Source: Rhodothermales bacterium (GTDB taxonomy: Bacteria > Bacteroidota > Rhodothermia > Rhodothermales > VXPQ01). Taken from it: a DNA stretch of 64,000 nucleotides. The stretch lies in NCBI GenBank assembly GCA_965232485.1, contig OZ246975.1, positions 739,196 through 803,195 on the forward strand, given 5' to 3'. Below the pieces are notes generated by a model that had not been told where the DNA came from, made no database searches, and saw nothing but the letters and a program-made list of their open reading frames with translations. Shown one piece after another: positions 38,769 through 47,771 of this stretch (positions are counted from its first letter, which is position 1; every line of letters starts with the position of its first letter). A program made the translations under genes and the position numbers.

Positions 38769-39833
38769 CTATTCCGGTTTGTCCTCTCCGACCCACACAT
38801 TCCCCTCCTCATCGAAACCGAACGCATGGACCGCGTACCCGGCGATAACGCCCAGCCCTCCGTCCACGTTCGAATGCAAATGCACCGGCGGGGTCTGCAA
38901 CAAGGCCGCCTCGATAGGCAGTGCGTCCAGCGCATCGACTTGCAAGAAAGCCGTATGGTGGTACAAAAAATAGTCCTCGCTCATCGCCGTAAGCACCAGT
39001 TTATAGCGAGATTTCACCACGTCCTGAAGGGAAAATGAAGTGAACGTGATTTCGAACGATTGCGTTTCGCCGTCGAACAACTCGTCTGAAAAAAGCGCCG
39101 CGGAATACACGGCGTCGCCTCCCTCCACATCCGGCGAATCGAAAAAATAAGCGTAATCGTAGGGACGAAACGAGGCTTCGTTGCTTTCAAAAAATATCCG
39201 GTTAAACGCCAGGGACGAGACAGGAATAAACGTCCCGTCCTCCGTTTCTCCAATGGGATACGAACCAAACAGTTCGAGCTTGTAATAATTCGTTGCCGGA
39301 GGATCCTCAATCCGTATGCGGATCCGGTAGACTTCGATGGGGTTGACGCGCCCGTCGTCCGGATCGTCGAGACGTTCCAGTTCCTCGATGCTTGCCTTTG
39401 CTTCCGGAATGGAAGAAACGGCGCGGATCGCAGGCAATCCGGGCGCCTCGGCCTCAAGCGCATACGCGACCCCGGGAATCGGATGCGCGCCGGCAGGCGC
39501 CGCATACGCGCCCTCCCCGATATGCGTAAGCGTCGTCGAAAAATTTCCCGTCTCGTCCGCAATGCGGACCGTAGCGTCGGCGACCGCCGACTTTTTGATG
39601 TCTTCGCGCCCCGCAATGTCCGCGTTGCGGCGGAGACGGACCGCCCAGACGCTGTCCGGCGCAAAAAAGCTGTGGGCGACCAGTTGCGGATCGTGTTCGG
39701 GAATGTCCACCTCCACCGCCAACTCGCAGCCGCCCAAAACGCCCAGCATGCCCGCCGCAAGAAGCGCGGCGCGCCATGGTCTGCACAATGATTTATGCAA
39801 TGATCCGTGCAGCGATCTCGCCGGGACGAACAT
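38769..39833 (-). CDS. DUF4249-like lipoprotein (typical partner of CarboxypepD_reg-type TonB-dependent receptors)
   Basis: 354 aa. Lipobox LGVLGGC and beta-rich body. Starts 2 nt after the upstream receptor stop. Family assignment from memory and context. Confidence 0.65.
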   Translation of the reverse strand: MFVPARSLHGSLHKSLCRPWRAALLAAGMLGVLGGCELAVEVDIPEHDPQLVAHSFFAPDSVWAVRLRRNADIAGREDIKKSAVADATVRIADETGNFSTTLTHIGEGAYAAPAGAHPIPGVAYALEAEAPGLPAIRAVSSIPEAKASIEELERLDDPDDGRVNPIEVYRIRIRIEDPPATNYYKLELFGSYPIGETEDGTFIPVSSLAFNRIFFESNEASFRPYDYAYFFDSPDVEGGDAVYSAALFSDELFDGETQSFEITFTSFSLQDVVKSRYKLVLTAMSEDYFLYHHTAFLQVDALDALPIEAALLQTPPVHLHSNVDGGLGVIAGYAVHAFGFDEEGNVWVGEDKPE

Positions 39834-39835
39834 GG

Positions 39836-42304
39836 TCAGAAAGAGATACGGTATGCGAACGAGGGAAGCGTCGGAAAGAGGCTCAACTGGCGAAAACGGA
39901 ACGTGGAGTCGTCGCCTGGGCGTTGCACAGGGTACACTACGAATGGATTTTTTCGGTTATACGCATTGTACGCGCCGAACGTAAGCGTACGCGTGCCCCA
40001 GGAGCGTTCCTTGCGAAAATGCACGGCAATGTCCAGGCGATGGTACGCCCGAAGGCGGGAGGCGTTGCGCGGGCCGTAATCCACCGCGATGCGCTCTTCC
40101 CCCTGGTAATAATCGTAGTCGTCGTGCAGCAACGTCGCATGACGCCCCACCGGCAGCCAGGCGGGATATCCGCTGCCGAATACCCAGGCCGCCGATATTT
40201 CCTTGTTGGGCGTGAGGCGGCGCTGCGCTACGATCGACATGTCATGCCGACGGTCGTAGCGGTACGGAAAGATTTCTCCGTTATTCAGGTTCTTGAAATC
40301 CCGGCTGGCCTTCGCCCACGAATACCCGATCCACCCGCTCGTGCGGCCTGTTTTCTTTTGCAGGAACAACTCGACGCCGTACGCCGCGCCCCGGCCCGTC
40401 TCGATCAGTTCGGGCCAGTCCCTGAACACCGAATCGAAGGTCTGCGTGCCCGCCTTGTATTCGATGAGTCCGCTCATCCATTTGTAGTAGCTTTCAAGCG
40501 ACGCCTCGTAGCGGCCCCCCCGGATATTTCGCACCAGGCCGGCGGCCGCCTGATGGCTCTTCTGGGGCGGCATCCTGTCCATGGCCGAAACCCAGAAATC
40601 CGTAAAGGGATTGCCCGTGCTGGCGGTCAGGAAATGCACCGGCTGCTGCATCCGCACGTACGACGCCTTGACCGACGTCTGCCGCGCCACGCGCAGGCTC
40701 ATGCTCAGGCGCGGCTCGATCGAAGGATATCGTTCGCTATCCACGAAATACCAGGCCATGCGCAGGCCCGCATTCACCCTCAGTCCGGAAAACAACGTCA
40801 TGTCGTCCTCGGCGTAGAGGGAGGCCTCGCCGGAGCGAATCACGCCGACCGGCGAAACCAGCGAGGTGTCTTCTACCGTTTCCGCGCCCTCCCTTTCCCA
40901 AAACCAGAGCCTGCCGGGGCTGAAGCGATGGCGAATCCCTTCCGCGCCGAAACGCAAATAATGATTGGGCGAGGGCCTGTGCTCCAGATCCAGTTTCGCC
41001 GTGTAGTCCAGAATGTCGGATACGTACGCCACGCTCGATTCATAGTCTATGCCCGCGCCGCCAATGGATTTTTCCCGTTCGTCGACCCCGATGGCGAAAC
41101 TGTAATTCGTTACGCCCACGAGCACATTGGAGAACGTGCGATTGCCGAACAGCCGGTTCCACCGGAGTGCGGCCAAGCGATTGCGCCAGCCGATATCGCC
41201 GTCGGATTCGCCATTGTCCCATTCGTCCGAACCGTAAAACAAATCGCGCCCCGAATACCCGCTCAAATAAATGCGATCCTTCCGCGACACGATGTAGTTC
41301 GCCTTGAAATTCAGGTCGTAGAAAAAGTAGCCCGCTCGCGTATCGTCCGGCAAAAAGGGCCTCGCCAAAAGGTCGGCCAGCGTACGGCGGGCGGTAAAAA
41401 GAAACGAGGCCTTGTCCCGTACGATGGGCCCTTCCAGCGTCACGCGCGACGCAATGATCCCGGTCCCCACCTCGCCGCCGTATTTTTTCAGGTTGCCTTC
41501 CTTCATAGTCAGGTTCACCACGGACGACAAGCGACCTCCGTATCGCGCCGGAAAGCCCCCCTTGATCAGTTCGACGTGCTTCATCGCGTCCGCATTAAAC
41601 ACGCTCAGAAAACCGAACAGGTGCGAGGGATTGTACAGCGGAAGCCCGTCCAGCAGGATGAGATTCTGGTCGGGTCCCCCGCCCCGCACGTAGAATCCGC
41701 TGCGCCCTTCCGACCCCGACTGCACGCCGGGCAACAGTTGCAGCGTCTTCTGGATATCCACTTCGCCGAGCAGGGCCGGAAGCGACTGTATCTGATCCAC
41801 CGCCACCTCGTGGCGCCCCATCTGCGGCTGGTCTATGAGGGAATCCGCCCGCGCCACCACCTCGATGCCTTCGAGGCCTATGGCGGAGGGCGCAAGGGCC
41901 GCGTCGAGCGTCGTATCCGCCGAAAGCGTCAGGGTATGCGTAATGGTTTCGTACCCGATATAGGCGAACGCAAGCGTAAGCGAATCGAGCCGGACCGTCA
42001 GGCTGTAAAAACCATACTGGTTCGTGACCGATCCGATGCTCAGGGAAGGAACGCTCACCGTAGCGCCCGGAAGCCGCTCCCCGCTTTCCGCGTCCTCCAC
42101 ATATCCATTGATGGTGCGGGCCTGCGCGGCGTCCTGGGCCGCTGCCGACCCGGCGACGAAACTCCCCGCGCAGAGACACATCGCCAACAGAACAAGCGAA
42201 AAGCCTGCGCCGGACCGCCGACGGGTATCTGGATAATCCACTGGATAATTCACCGAATAGCCCGGACGCGTATTTCTCCTGATCCACGAAAACATGGGCG
42301 ACAA
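39836..42304 (-). CDS. TonB-dependent receptor with N-terminal carboxypeptidase-regulatory-like domain
   Basis: 822 aa. TINGYVEDAESGERLPGATVSV (CarbopepD_reg), plug region ...VDIQKTLQLLPGVQSGSEGRSGFYVRGGGPDQNLILLDGLPLYN, C-terminal barrel ending ...SFAYRISF. Confidence 0.9.
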   Translation of the reverse strand: MSPMFSWIRRNTRPGYSVNYPVDYPDTRRRSGAGFSLVLLAMCLCAGSFVAGSAAAQDAAQARTINGYVEDAESGERLPGATVSVPSLSIGSVTNQYGFYSLTVRLDSLTLAFAYIGYETITHTLTLSADTTLDAALAPSAIGLEGIEVVARADSLIDQPQMGRHEVAVDQIQSLPALLGEVDIQKTLQLLPGVQSGSEGRSGFYVRGGGPDQNLILLDGLPLYNPSHLFGFLSVFNADAMKHVELIKGGFPARYGGRLSSVVNLTMKEGNLKKYGGEVGTGIIASRVTLEGPIVRDKASFLFTARRTLADLLARPFLPDDTRAGYFFYDLNFKANYIVSRKDRIYLSGYSGRDLFYGSDEWDNGESDGDIGWRNRLAALRWNRLFGNRTFSNVLVGVTNYSFAIGVDEREKSIGGAGIDYESSVAYVSDILDYTAKLDLEHRPSPNHYLRFGAEGIRHRFSPGRLWFWEREGAETVEDTSLVSPVGVIRSGEASLYAEDDMTLFSGLRVNAGLRMAWYFVDSERYPSIEPRLSMSLRVARQTSVKASYVRMQQPVHFLTASTGNPFTDFWVSAMDRMPPQKSHQAAAGLVRNIRGGRYEASLESYYKWMSGLIEYKAGTQTFDSVFRDWPELIETGRGAAYGVELFLQKKTGRTSGWIGYSWAKASRDFKNLNNGEIFPYRYDRRHDMSIVAQRRLTPNKEISAAWVFGSGYPAWLPVGRHATLLHDDYDYYQGEERIAVDYGPRNASRLRAYHRLDIAVHFRKERSWGTRTLTFGAYNAYNRKNPFVVYPVQRPGDDSTFRFRQLSLFPTLPSFAYRISF

Positions 42305-42489
42305 TATCCTTATTCCCTACTATGAAACTACGGCGAAGCGGAGATGCGTCCGAATCAGCGGCAATGCCTACGCGAGGCGTACAGAACTATGCAAGCTACT
42401 GACAGCGCGTGCAAGGCAAACTCTTTCTATACAGCGAACGACGTGCCGGGTTCCAGCGCTTTGCTTGTCGCCGAGGCGTGCACGGCCTG

Positions 42490-43215
42490 CTATTCCAGGC
42501 GGAAACGGAAGGTGACGATCCCTGTCTGCGGCTCCTGCGGCGCATTGGGCGGCAAGGGATTGAAACGCCATTGCTGCAAGGCGTCCATGGCGGCTTTATC
42601 GAGGGCGGCGTCGCCCTTCAGAATCAGAAAGCGCTGCGCGACGCGGCCTCGCGGATCGACGGTAATGCGCACCCGGATCGTCGCATTCACCTGGGCCCGG
42701 TACTCGGGAACCGGAGCATACAGGGGATCGCGATTCAATCCTTCTATTTCAAAGGGGGCCGTCGTCAGGTCGTCCAGGCCTTCTCCCGTTTCGGCGGGGC
42801 GCGTTTCGTCTGCTTCGCTGGGCGCGGCGGCGCCGAGCGGGCGAATGGGAGCGGCTTCATCCTCCGGTTCGGGCCGTTCCGCCGCTTCCTCGCTGTCCTG
42901 TCGTTCGGGAGATACTTCTTCGATCTCCGGCGTCGCCACCCGATCCTCCTCGGCGACGGGCTGCGGCTGATCCGGCAGGTCCACCTGCCTGGCGTCTTCC
43001 GGCGCGGGCGGCGGTTCCTCCGGGACGTCCTCCGGCTCTTCGGGGGCTTCGACCTCTTCCGAGGCGCGGCTCTCCGCATACGGGCCGAATTCTACTTCCA
43101 CAAAGCCCATTTGCCGGGAATCCGCTTGCGCCACCGTAAGAAAGGCGAAGGCGAAAAACACCCCGGCGTGCAACGCCACGCTGGCCGCCAGTCCAATCCA
43201 GTCGTTCTTTTTCAT
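42490..43215 (-). CDS. tonB: energy transducer TonB
   Basis: Start at the ATG at 43215 (MKKNDWIGLAASVALHAGVFFAF). Pro/Glu-rich spacer and a C-terminal TonB domain ...RITVDPRGRVAQRFLILKGDAALDKAAMDALQQWRFNP. Confidence 0.8.
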   Translation of the reverse strand: MKKNDWIGLAASVALHAGVFFAFAFLTVAQADSRQMGFVEVEFGPYAESRASEEVEAPEEPEDVPEEPPPAPEDARQVDLPDQPQPVAEEDRVATPEIEEVSPERQDSEEAAERPEPEDEAAPIRPLGAAAPSEADETRPAETGEGLDDLTTAPFEIEGLNRDPLYAPVPEYRAQVNATIRVRITVDPRGRVAQRFLILKGDAALDKAAMDALQQWRFNPLPPNAPQEPQTGIVTFRFRLE

Positions 43216-43520
43216 GACGTTCCAAATGTTCCGGTTAGCCATGCTGCGATTCCGGGGCATGGTCGCGCAGGGCAAGCCGCGTCTTATCGACGCATTTTCC
43301 TCCGCCCGACCCACCGGGACCAGGCCCGCCTGATGAAAAAGAAAAGCGCCGCATTATAGCGAAAAAAGCGACTTCTTGTGAAACGCGGCAGAGGCTTCCG
43401 GGATCCCCTGTGGCGGGGCGGCCCTGCTGATGGCGACAAGGGACGGGCGCGACGGCGGGCCCGGCAGTGCGGCAAGGAACCGCATGAGGAACGCTCCGCG
43501 TTTCCCGTTAAAACAGGTCG

Positions 43521-43554
43521 CTTAAATTTTTTAAGTGGGATTTTTTTGACTTAA
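43521..43554 (+). promoter_or_regulatory. AT-rich motif CTTAAATTTTTTAAGT-N12-ACTTAA (copy B)
   Basis: TTAAGT(43531-36)-N12-ACTTAA(43549-54). Same orientation as copy A, with weaker homology continuing about 40 nt downstream. Lies about 300 bp upstream of tonB and 47 bp past the stop of the 43601 gene. Confidence 0.4.
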
Positions 43555-43600
43555 AAAAATAAGGTTGCGAAGGGCAAGGCGACGGAGAAGGGCTGTTATT

Positions 43601-45376
43601 TTACTTACTGAGCGTCATCAGTCCCGTGTGCGCCTGTCCGGCTGTCTCCAATCGATACAGATAGACCCCGCTCGGCAAGAACGTTCCGTCGAAGACCACG
43701 GTATGCCTGCCTGCATGTTGCGCCCCGTCCGCCAGTGTGGCTACCTCCCGCCCCAGCGCATCGTAGACGACGAGGCGCACCGGACCAGAGGCGGGCAGCG
43801 CATACTCAATGGTCGTGGCGCGCGCGAACGGGTTGGGGTAGTTCGACGTCAGCGTGGCGGAGACGGGAATTTCAGGAGCGGGTTCGCTTGACGTAATGGT
43901 CGCGGCGGCGTATCTGGCAAGGAAACGGCCCCCGGCTAGCACTGTGCACTCTTGGTCGTAGGGCAAGGACCGACCTATAGCATACAGGTCGCCGGCAGGA
44001 CTGACCGTCAGAGCAATATATGCCTCGTAAGAATCATTTTCATATGCGCCGGTAACGGTCCAGCGCAGATCGCCCTTCTCATCGTAGCGCGCTATAAAAC
44101 CATTTGGATCGTGGCCAACCCTGACCAACTGAGTTTTTCCTATGCTAACAACCGGACTGGTAAAATAGCCGCCCACATATACATGGCCCTCGGAATCTGT
44201 CGCCAGTGCGCATATATTGTCGTTGGCGCTACCCGCAATTTGCCGAACCCAGAGAATATCGCCGTCCGTATTGTGCTTGGTCAAAAAGGCGCCACTGCCT
44301 CCAGGGTCCACAAGAGCCGTGTCGGCGGTGGTCACAACGGGTTTGAGTGAATCGCCGTTACGCCAGGGACGCGTGCGCCAACCGACGAAAAAATTTCCTT
44401 CAGGGCCAACATCCATATCCCAAATGTATGGGGACTGATCAAGGTATCCATGCCTGTTTTGATACGATTCTTCCTGTATGCCAAGATCGGTAAGGGTGCG
44501 AACCCAGCGCAGATTGCCTTCGGCGTCGTAACTCGCCAAAACGCGCGTATCCTCAGTCAACGTTGCCTCATTGGGTTGCCCCTCGCCAAATACGGTTTCC
44601 TTGCCGAAGCAACCACCAAAATATGTGTTTCCATGACGATCCACGGTGAAAAATTCTGGTTTCCTGTTATCAAGGCCACAATAGGTAATCAGGGAGTCTA
44701 AATTATTTCCCTTGATTCGTCGCCCCCAGCGGGGAGCCCCGTTGGAAGTATAACTCGCCAGAAAAACATCGTAAGCATTCGGGCCAGACAAGAAAGCAAG
44801 CGTATCTGAATCAAAAAGAAGCCTCTTGTTATAAATGCCGACGGCGTAGATATTGTCCGCCTCGTCCAGGTCCAGACCCAAAATCCAACCCGCTTCCGGA
44901 AAAGCAAAGCGGGTATCCGAATAGTAATCGTTATATCCGACAGGAATGACTCGCAAGGATTCGCCGCCCTGGCTATAAATACCAATCGCTGTACCACCAA
45001 CAGTCAGCTGTAGAGAATTCCACACACGAGGGCGCCCCTCGCTGGTATAGATATGATCGTCTCCGACAGCTATGAGATAGGTCTTCATGTAATTGATTCT
45101 TTGCCATGCGTTCAAGGCCGCCTGACGAGTCCATATTTGTTCGCCATCCTGATTATACCGAGCAAATATGTCCGCACCCGGTATATATGCTTCCCCGTTT
45201 TTTCCTGTGTCAATATCCTTTATCCAGCCCATATTCCCTACCCACCGGACCCATGTTGGAGACGTGGAGAATTGATTTGAATTGGAAGCGTCAAAAGCCT
45301 GTGCCCGTACGCCTGCGGGAATAAGCGTAAACAGACCAAATAACAGCGCCGCCGCGTAATGTGCAGTATGCCTCAT
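43601..45376 (-). CDS. T9SS cargo protein: beta-propeller (SBBP-like) repeats + Por-secretion C-terminal sorting domain
   Basis: Start at MRHTAHY (45376). Signal peptide, repeated ...Y.GG.F... blades, CTD ...NYPNPFARATTIEYALPASGPVRLVVYDALGREVATL...SGVYLYRLETAGQAHTGLMTLSK. Confidence 0.85.
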   Translation of the reverse strand: MRHTAHYAAALLFGLFTLIPAGVRAQAFDASNSNQFSTSPTWVRWVGNMGWIKDIDTGKNGEAYIPGADIFARYNQDGEQIWTRQAALNAWQRINYMKTYLIAVGDDHIYTSEGRPRVWNSLQLTVGGTAIGIYSQGGESLRVIPVGYNDYYSDTRFAFPEAGWILGLDLDEADNIYAVGIYNKRLLFDSDTLAFLSGPNAYDVFLASYTSNGAPRWGRRIKGNNLDSLITYCGLDNRKPEFFTVDRHGNTYFGGCFGKETVFGEGQPNEATLTEDTRVLASYDAEGNLRWVRTLTDLGIQEESYQNRHGYLDQSPYIWDMDVGPEGNFFVGWRTRPWRNGDSLKPVVTTADTALVDPGGSGAFLTKHNTDGDILWVRQIAGSANDNICALATDSEGHVYVGGYFTSPVVSIGKTQLVRVGHDPNGFIARYDEKGDLRWTVTGAYENDSYEAYIALTVSPAGDLYAIGRSLPYDQECTVLAGGRFLARYAAATITSSEPAPEIPVSATLTSNYPNPFARATTIEYALPASGPVRLVVYDALGREVATLADGAQHAGRHTVVFDGTFLPSGVYLYRLETAGQAHTGLMTLSK

Positions 45377-45420
45377 ATCGTCCTCCATGATTCAGGTCAG
45401 CTGGCTTTGTGGGCGCCGTC

Positions 45421-47199
45421 TCATTTCCTGAGCGTCATCAACCCCGTGGTTGCCTGGCCGCCCGTTTCCAGGCGATACAGGTAAACCCCGCTGGGCAAAG
45501 GCATTCCGTCGAAGACGACGGTATGCCGGCCCGCATGTTGCGCCCCATCCGCCAGCGTGGCTACCTCCCGCCCCAGCGCATCGTAGACGACGAGGCGCAC
45601 CGGACCAGAGGCGAGCAGCGCATACTCAATGGTCGTGGCGCGCGCGAACGGGTTGGGGTAGTTCGACGTCAGCGTGGCGGCGACGGGAATCTCAGGAGCG
45701 GGTTCGCTGGACGTAATGGTCGAGGCGGCGTATTTGGCGAGGAAAGCGGTCGCCTCCGGTTCATACGGCCACACATATCTTCCCGGCAGGCATCCAAAAA
45801 GAATACTACGGCTTAAACCATAGAGGTCCCCGGAGAAACTGACGGCGACGAGATAAACGATGTTGACGCCCTCCCCGGCGACATGGCCAACCCAGCGCAC
45901 ATTACCCTCTCCATCGTAGCGCACTATGAAACCGTTTGTACTACCGCCAGACTTAATCAGCTGCGTCTCTTCGATTTGAAGAACGGAACTATCGAAAAAG
46001 CCTCCGATATATACGTCCCCTTGGGAGTCTGTCGCCAGAGTGCATATGGACTCGCCGCCCTTGCCTGCAATTTGCCGAACCCAAAGAATATCGCCCTCCG
46101 GGTTGTGCTTGACAAGAAACGCACCGCTGCCTCCAGGGTCCGCAAGAGCGACGCCGCCAACCACAACCGGCTTGTTTTGCCAAGCCTCAGCGCCCCAAAT
46201 GGTAAACAGATTTCGTTCAGCGTCTGTCGCCATATCCCAAATGTATGGGGTATATAGGTATTCGATATCACCATGATGGTCTTTGACACGAAATTCTTCC
46301 CGTACGCCGAGATCGGCAAGAGTGCGAAGCCAGCGCAGATTGCCGTCGGCGTCGAAACTCGCCAGAGCGCGAGCGTCCTCGGTAAAGGTTATTTCCCCGG
46401 GTTGATCAAAAGGCAACACAGGGCTTGCGCCGAAACAACCACCGAGATATGTGTTCCCCTCGGAATCCACAGTAAAAACGCCACGTCCTTCATTATACAA
46501 ATATGCATCAGAAGCTCTGCAACTTCGATTAATAGTGTCGAAGCCATATCCTGCGATACGACGCACCCAACGAGGCGCACCTTCTGGCGTATAACTGGCC
46601 ACAAAAACATCGTGGCCTATGAAATGACCGTCCTGGAAAGACGTGGGCAGGACAAAAAGCGTATCGGCCCCAAAAACATTCAGGTTTCTATAGACGCCAG
46701 CGATGTAGATATTGCCGGTCTCATCCAGGTCCAGACCCAGAATAGAGCTCACTTCAGGAAGTTCGCCTGACGATTCCCCGTCGAGGTTACGAATTCCTAT
46801 CTCGACCCCAAAACCAGAGAATCTCTCAGAGCCGTCCAGAACATCCGCCCACTCGGGCGCAATATCCCAAATCTCTGCCTCGCTTGTATAAATGTAATCT
46901 TCTCCAGCGGCAACGAGATATATATAACTACTATGTTTCGAAACTGCTTTTCGCACCCATTTTCGCGTACCATCGGGGTTATATTTGGCCAACATATCTA
47001 TGCCGGCTATATACACTTCTCCATCCTTTCCCGTAGCTATATCCTTGATCACGCCCAAGTCGCTCACTTCCTGAATCCAGACTGGAGTTGTGGAGAACTT
47101 CTGCGAATCATTAGCATTGAAACTTTGCCCCTGCGTACCTGCAGGAATAAGCAAAAGACCAAACCACGCCACCACCGAAAGATGTATCGTATGTCTCAT
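45421..47199 (-). CDS. T9SS cargo protein, paralog of 43601..45376
   Basis: 592 aa with the same architecture. The body is by eye roughly half identical to the neighbour, and the C-terminal sorting domain is nearly identical. Confidence 0.85.
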   Translation of the reverse strand: MRHTIHLSVVAWFGLLLIPAGTQGQSFNANDSQKFSTTPVWIQEVSDLGVIKDIATGKDGEVYIAGIDMLAKYNPDGTRKWVRKAVSKHSSYIYLVAAGEDYIYTSEAEIWDIAPEWADVLDGSERFSGFGVEIGIRNLDGESSGELPEVSSILGLDLDETGNIYIAGVYRNLNVFGADTLFVLPTSFQDGHFIGHDVFVASYTPEGAPRWVRRIAGYGFDTINRSCRASDAYLYNEGRGVFTVDSEGNTYLGGCFGASPVLPFDQPGEITFTEDARALASFDADGNLRWLRTLADLGVREEFRVKDHHGDIEYLYTPYIWDMATDAERNLFTIWGAEAWQNKPVVVGGVALADPGGSGAFLVKHNPEGDILWVRQIAGKGGESICTLATDSQGDVYIGGFFDSSVLQIEETQLIKSGGSTNGFIVRYDGEGNVRWVGHVAGEGVNIVYLVAVSFSGDLYGLSRSILFGCLPGRYVWPYEPEATAFLAKYAASTITSSEPAPEIPVAATLTSNYPNPFARATTIEYALLASGPVRLVVYDALGREVATLADGAQHAGRHTVVFDGMPLPSGVYLYRLETGGQATTGLMTLRK

Positions 47200-47236
47200 A
47201 ACGCTTCCCTGGTTCAGAGTTTTAGGTGATGCATCC

Positions 47237-47661
47237 TTATTTCATAAGAAGCACGGACTTCGTAAACGTTCGTTCCGCTGCATCCAACACGATAAAGTAC
47301 AATCCGGTCGACAAGTGAGGGGCTTCGAATCGAACGGTATGCTCCCACATATTTCCGCGGTCGCCACGCTCGGATCCCTCGATTCAGCCGTATAAGTCAG
47401 CGCATCTTCGTTGGGAGCCGTGAAATAACGCGCTACGCCGAACCGGACAACAGGCATTTCGTCCGTCGCTAACGCCCTGTCCCGTATCGTCCCGACCGCC
47501 ACCGGAGAGCCAAAGGCATGAGACGATAGCGATTCGGCGGTACGCCGGGAAGCCGCTTCGCCGCACGTTTCCGCGCGAACCGGAACAACCGAGATATGCC
47601 ACGCGCCCAGCGCAAGCGCCCGTATCCACGCGTGTCGCACCGACGAAGCCAACCGATTCAT
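47237..47661 (-). pseudogene. decayed T9SS cargo gene (signal peptide + one Ig/cadherin-like repeat + frameshifted, truncated CTD)
   Basis: ORF 47242..47661 reads ...YFTAPNEDALTYTAESRDPSVATAEI, then nonsense. The adjacent frame (47240-47347) reads WEHTVRFEAPHLSTGLYFIVLDAAERTFTKSVLLMK*, a classic T9SS CTD tail. Confidence 0.5.
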
Positions 47662-47756
47662 GCTAACCTCGAAAATTTTCAGTTAACGCGCCATGCGAAT
47701 ACAGCGCGAACGCCGGCCCTGCGCCAACAAGCGCTGCCGCAACAAAGGGCAGCGCA

Positions 47757-47771
47757 TTAATAATTTATTAA
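47757..47771. promoter_or_regulatory. perfect 7-1-7 palindrome TTAATAA-T-TTATTAA in the AT-rich island upstream of eboA
   Basis: Seen directly, about 100 nt upstream of the eboA ATG. Preceded by the hairpin GCGCTGCC-N8-GGCAGCGC. Confidence 0.3.

Noticed and set aside
39776-42325. 849-aa + strand ORF
   Set aside because: It is antisense to the TonB-dependent receptor, which has clear plug and barrel motifs. Shadow ORF.
42305-42489. Possible riboswitch (e.g. cobalamin) in the tonB-receptor spacer
   Set aside because: There is no B12-box or other recognisable riboswitch core, and only weak hairpins.
47215-47240. TGATGCATCCTTAT resembling an IS/MITE terminus at the end of the T9SS pseudogene; also TTAAGGAATACAGG at 38641-38654 and TTAAGGTGCGTCC at 12176-12188
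   Set aside because: Only 8-10 nt match the family terminus with no partner repeat. This is too short to distinguish from chance.
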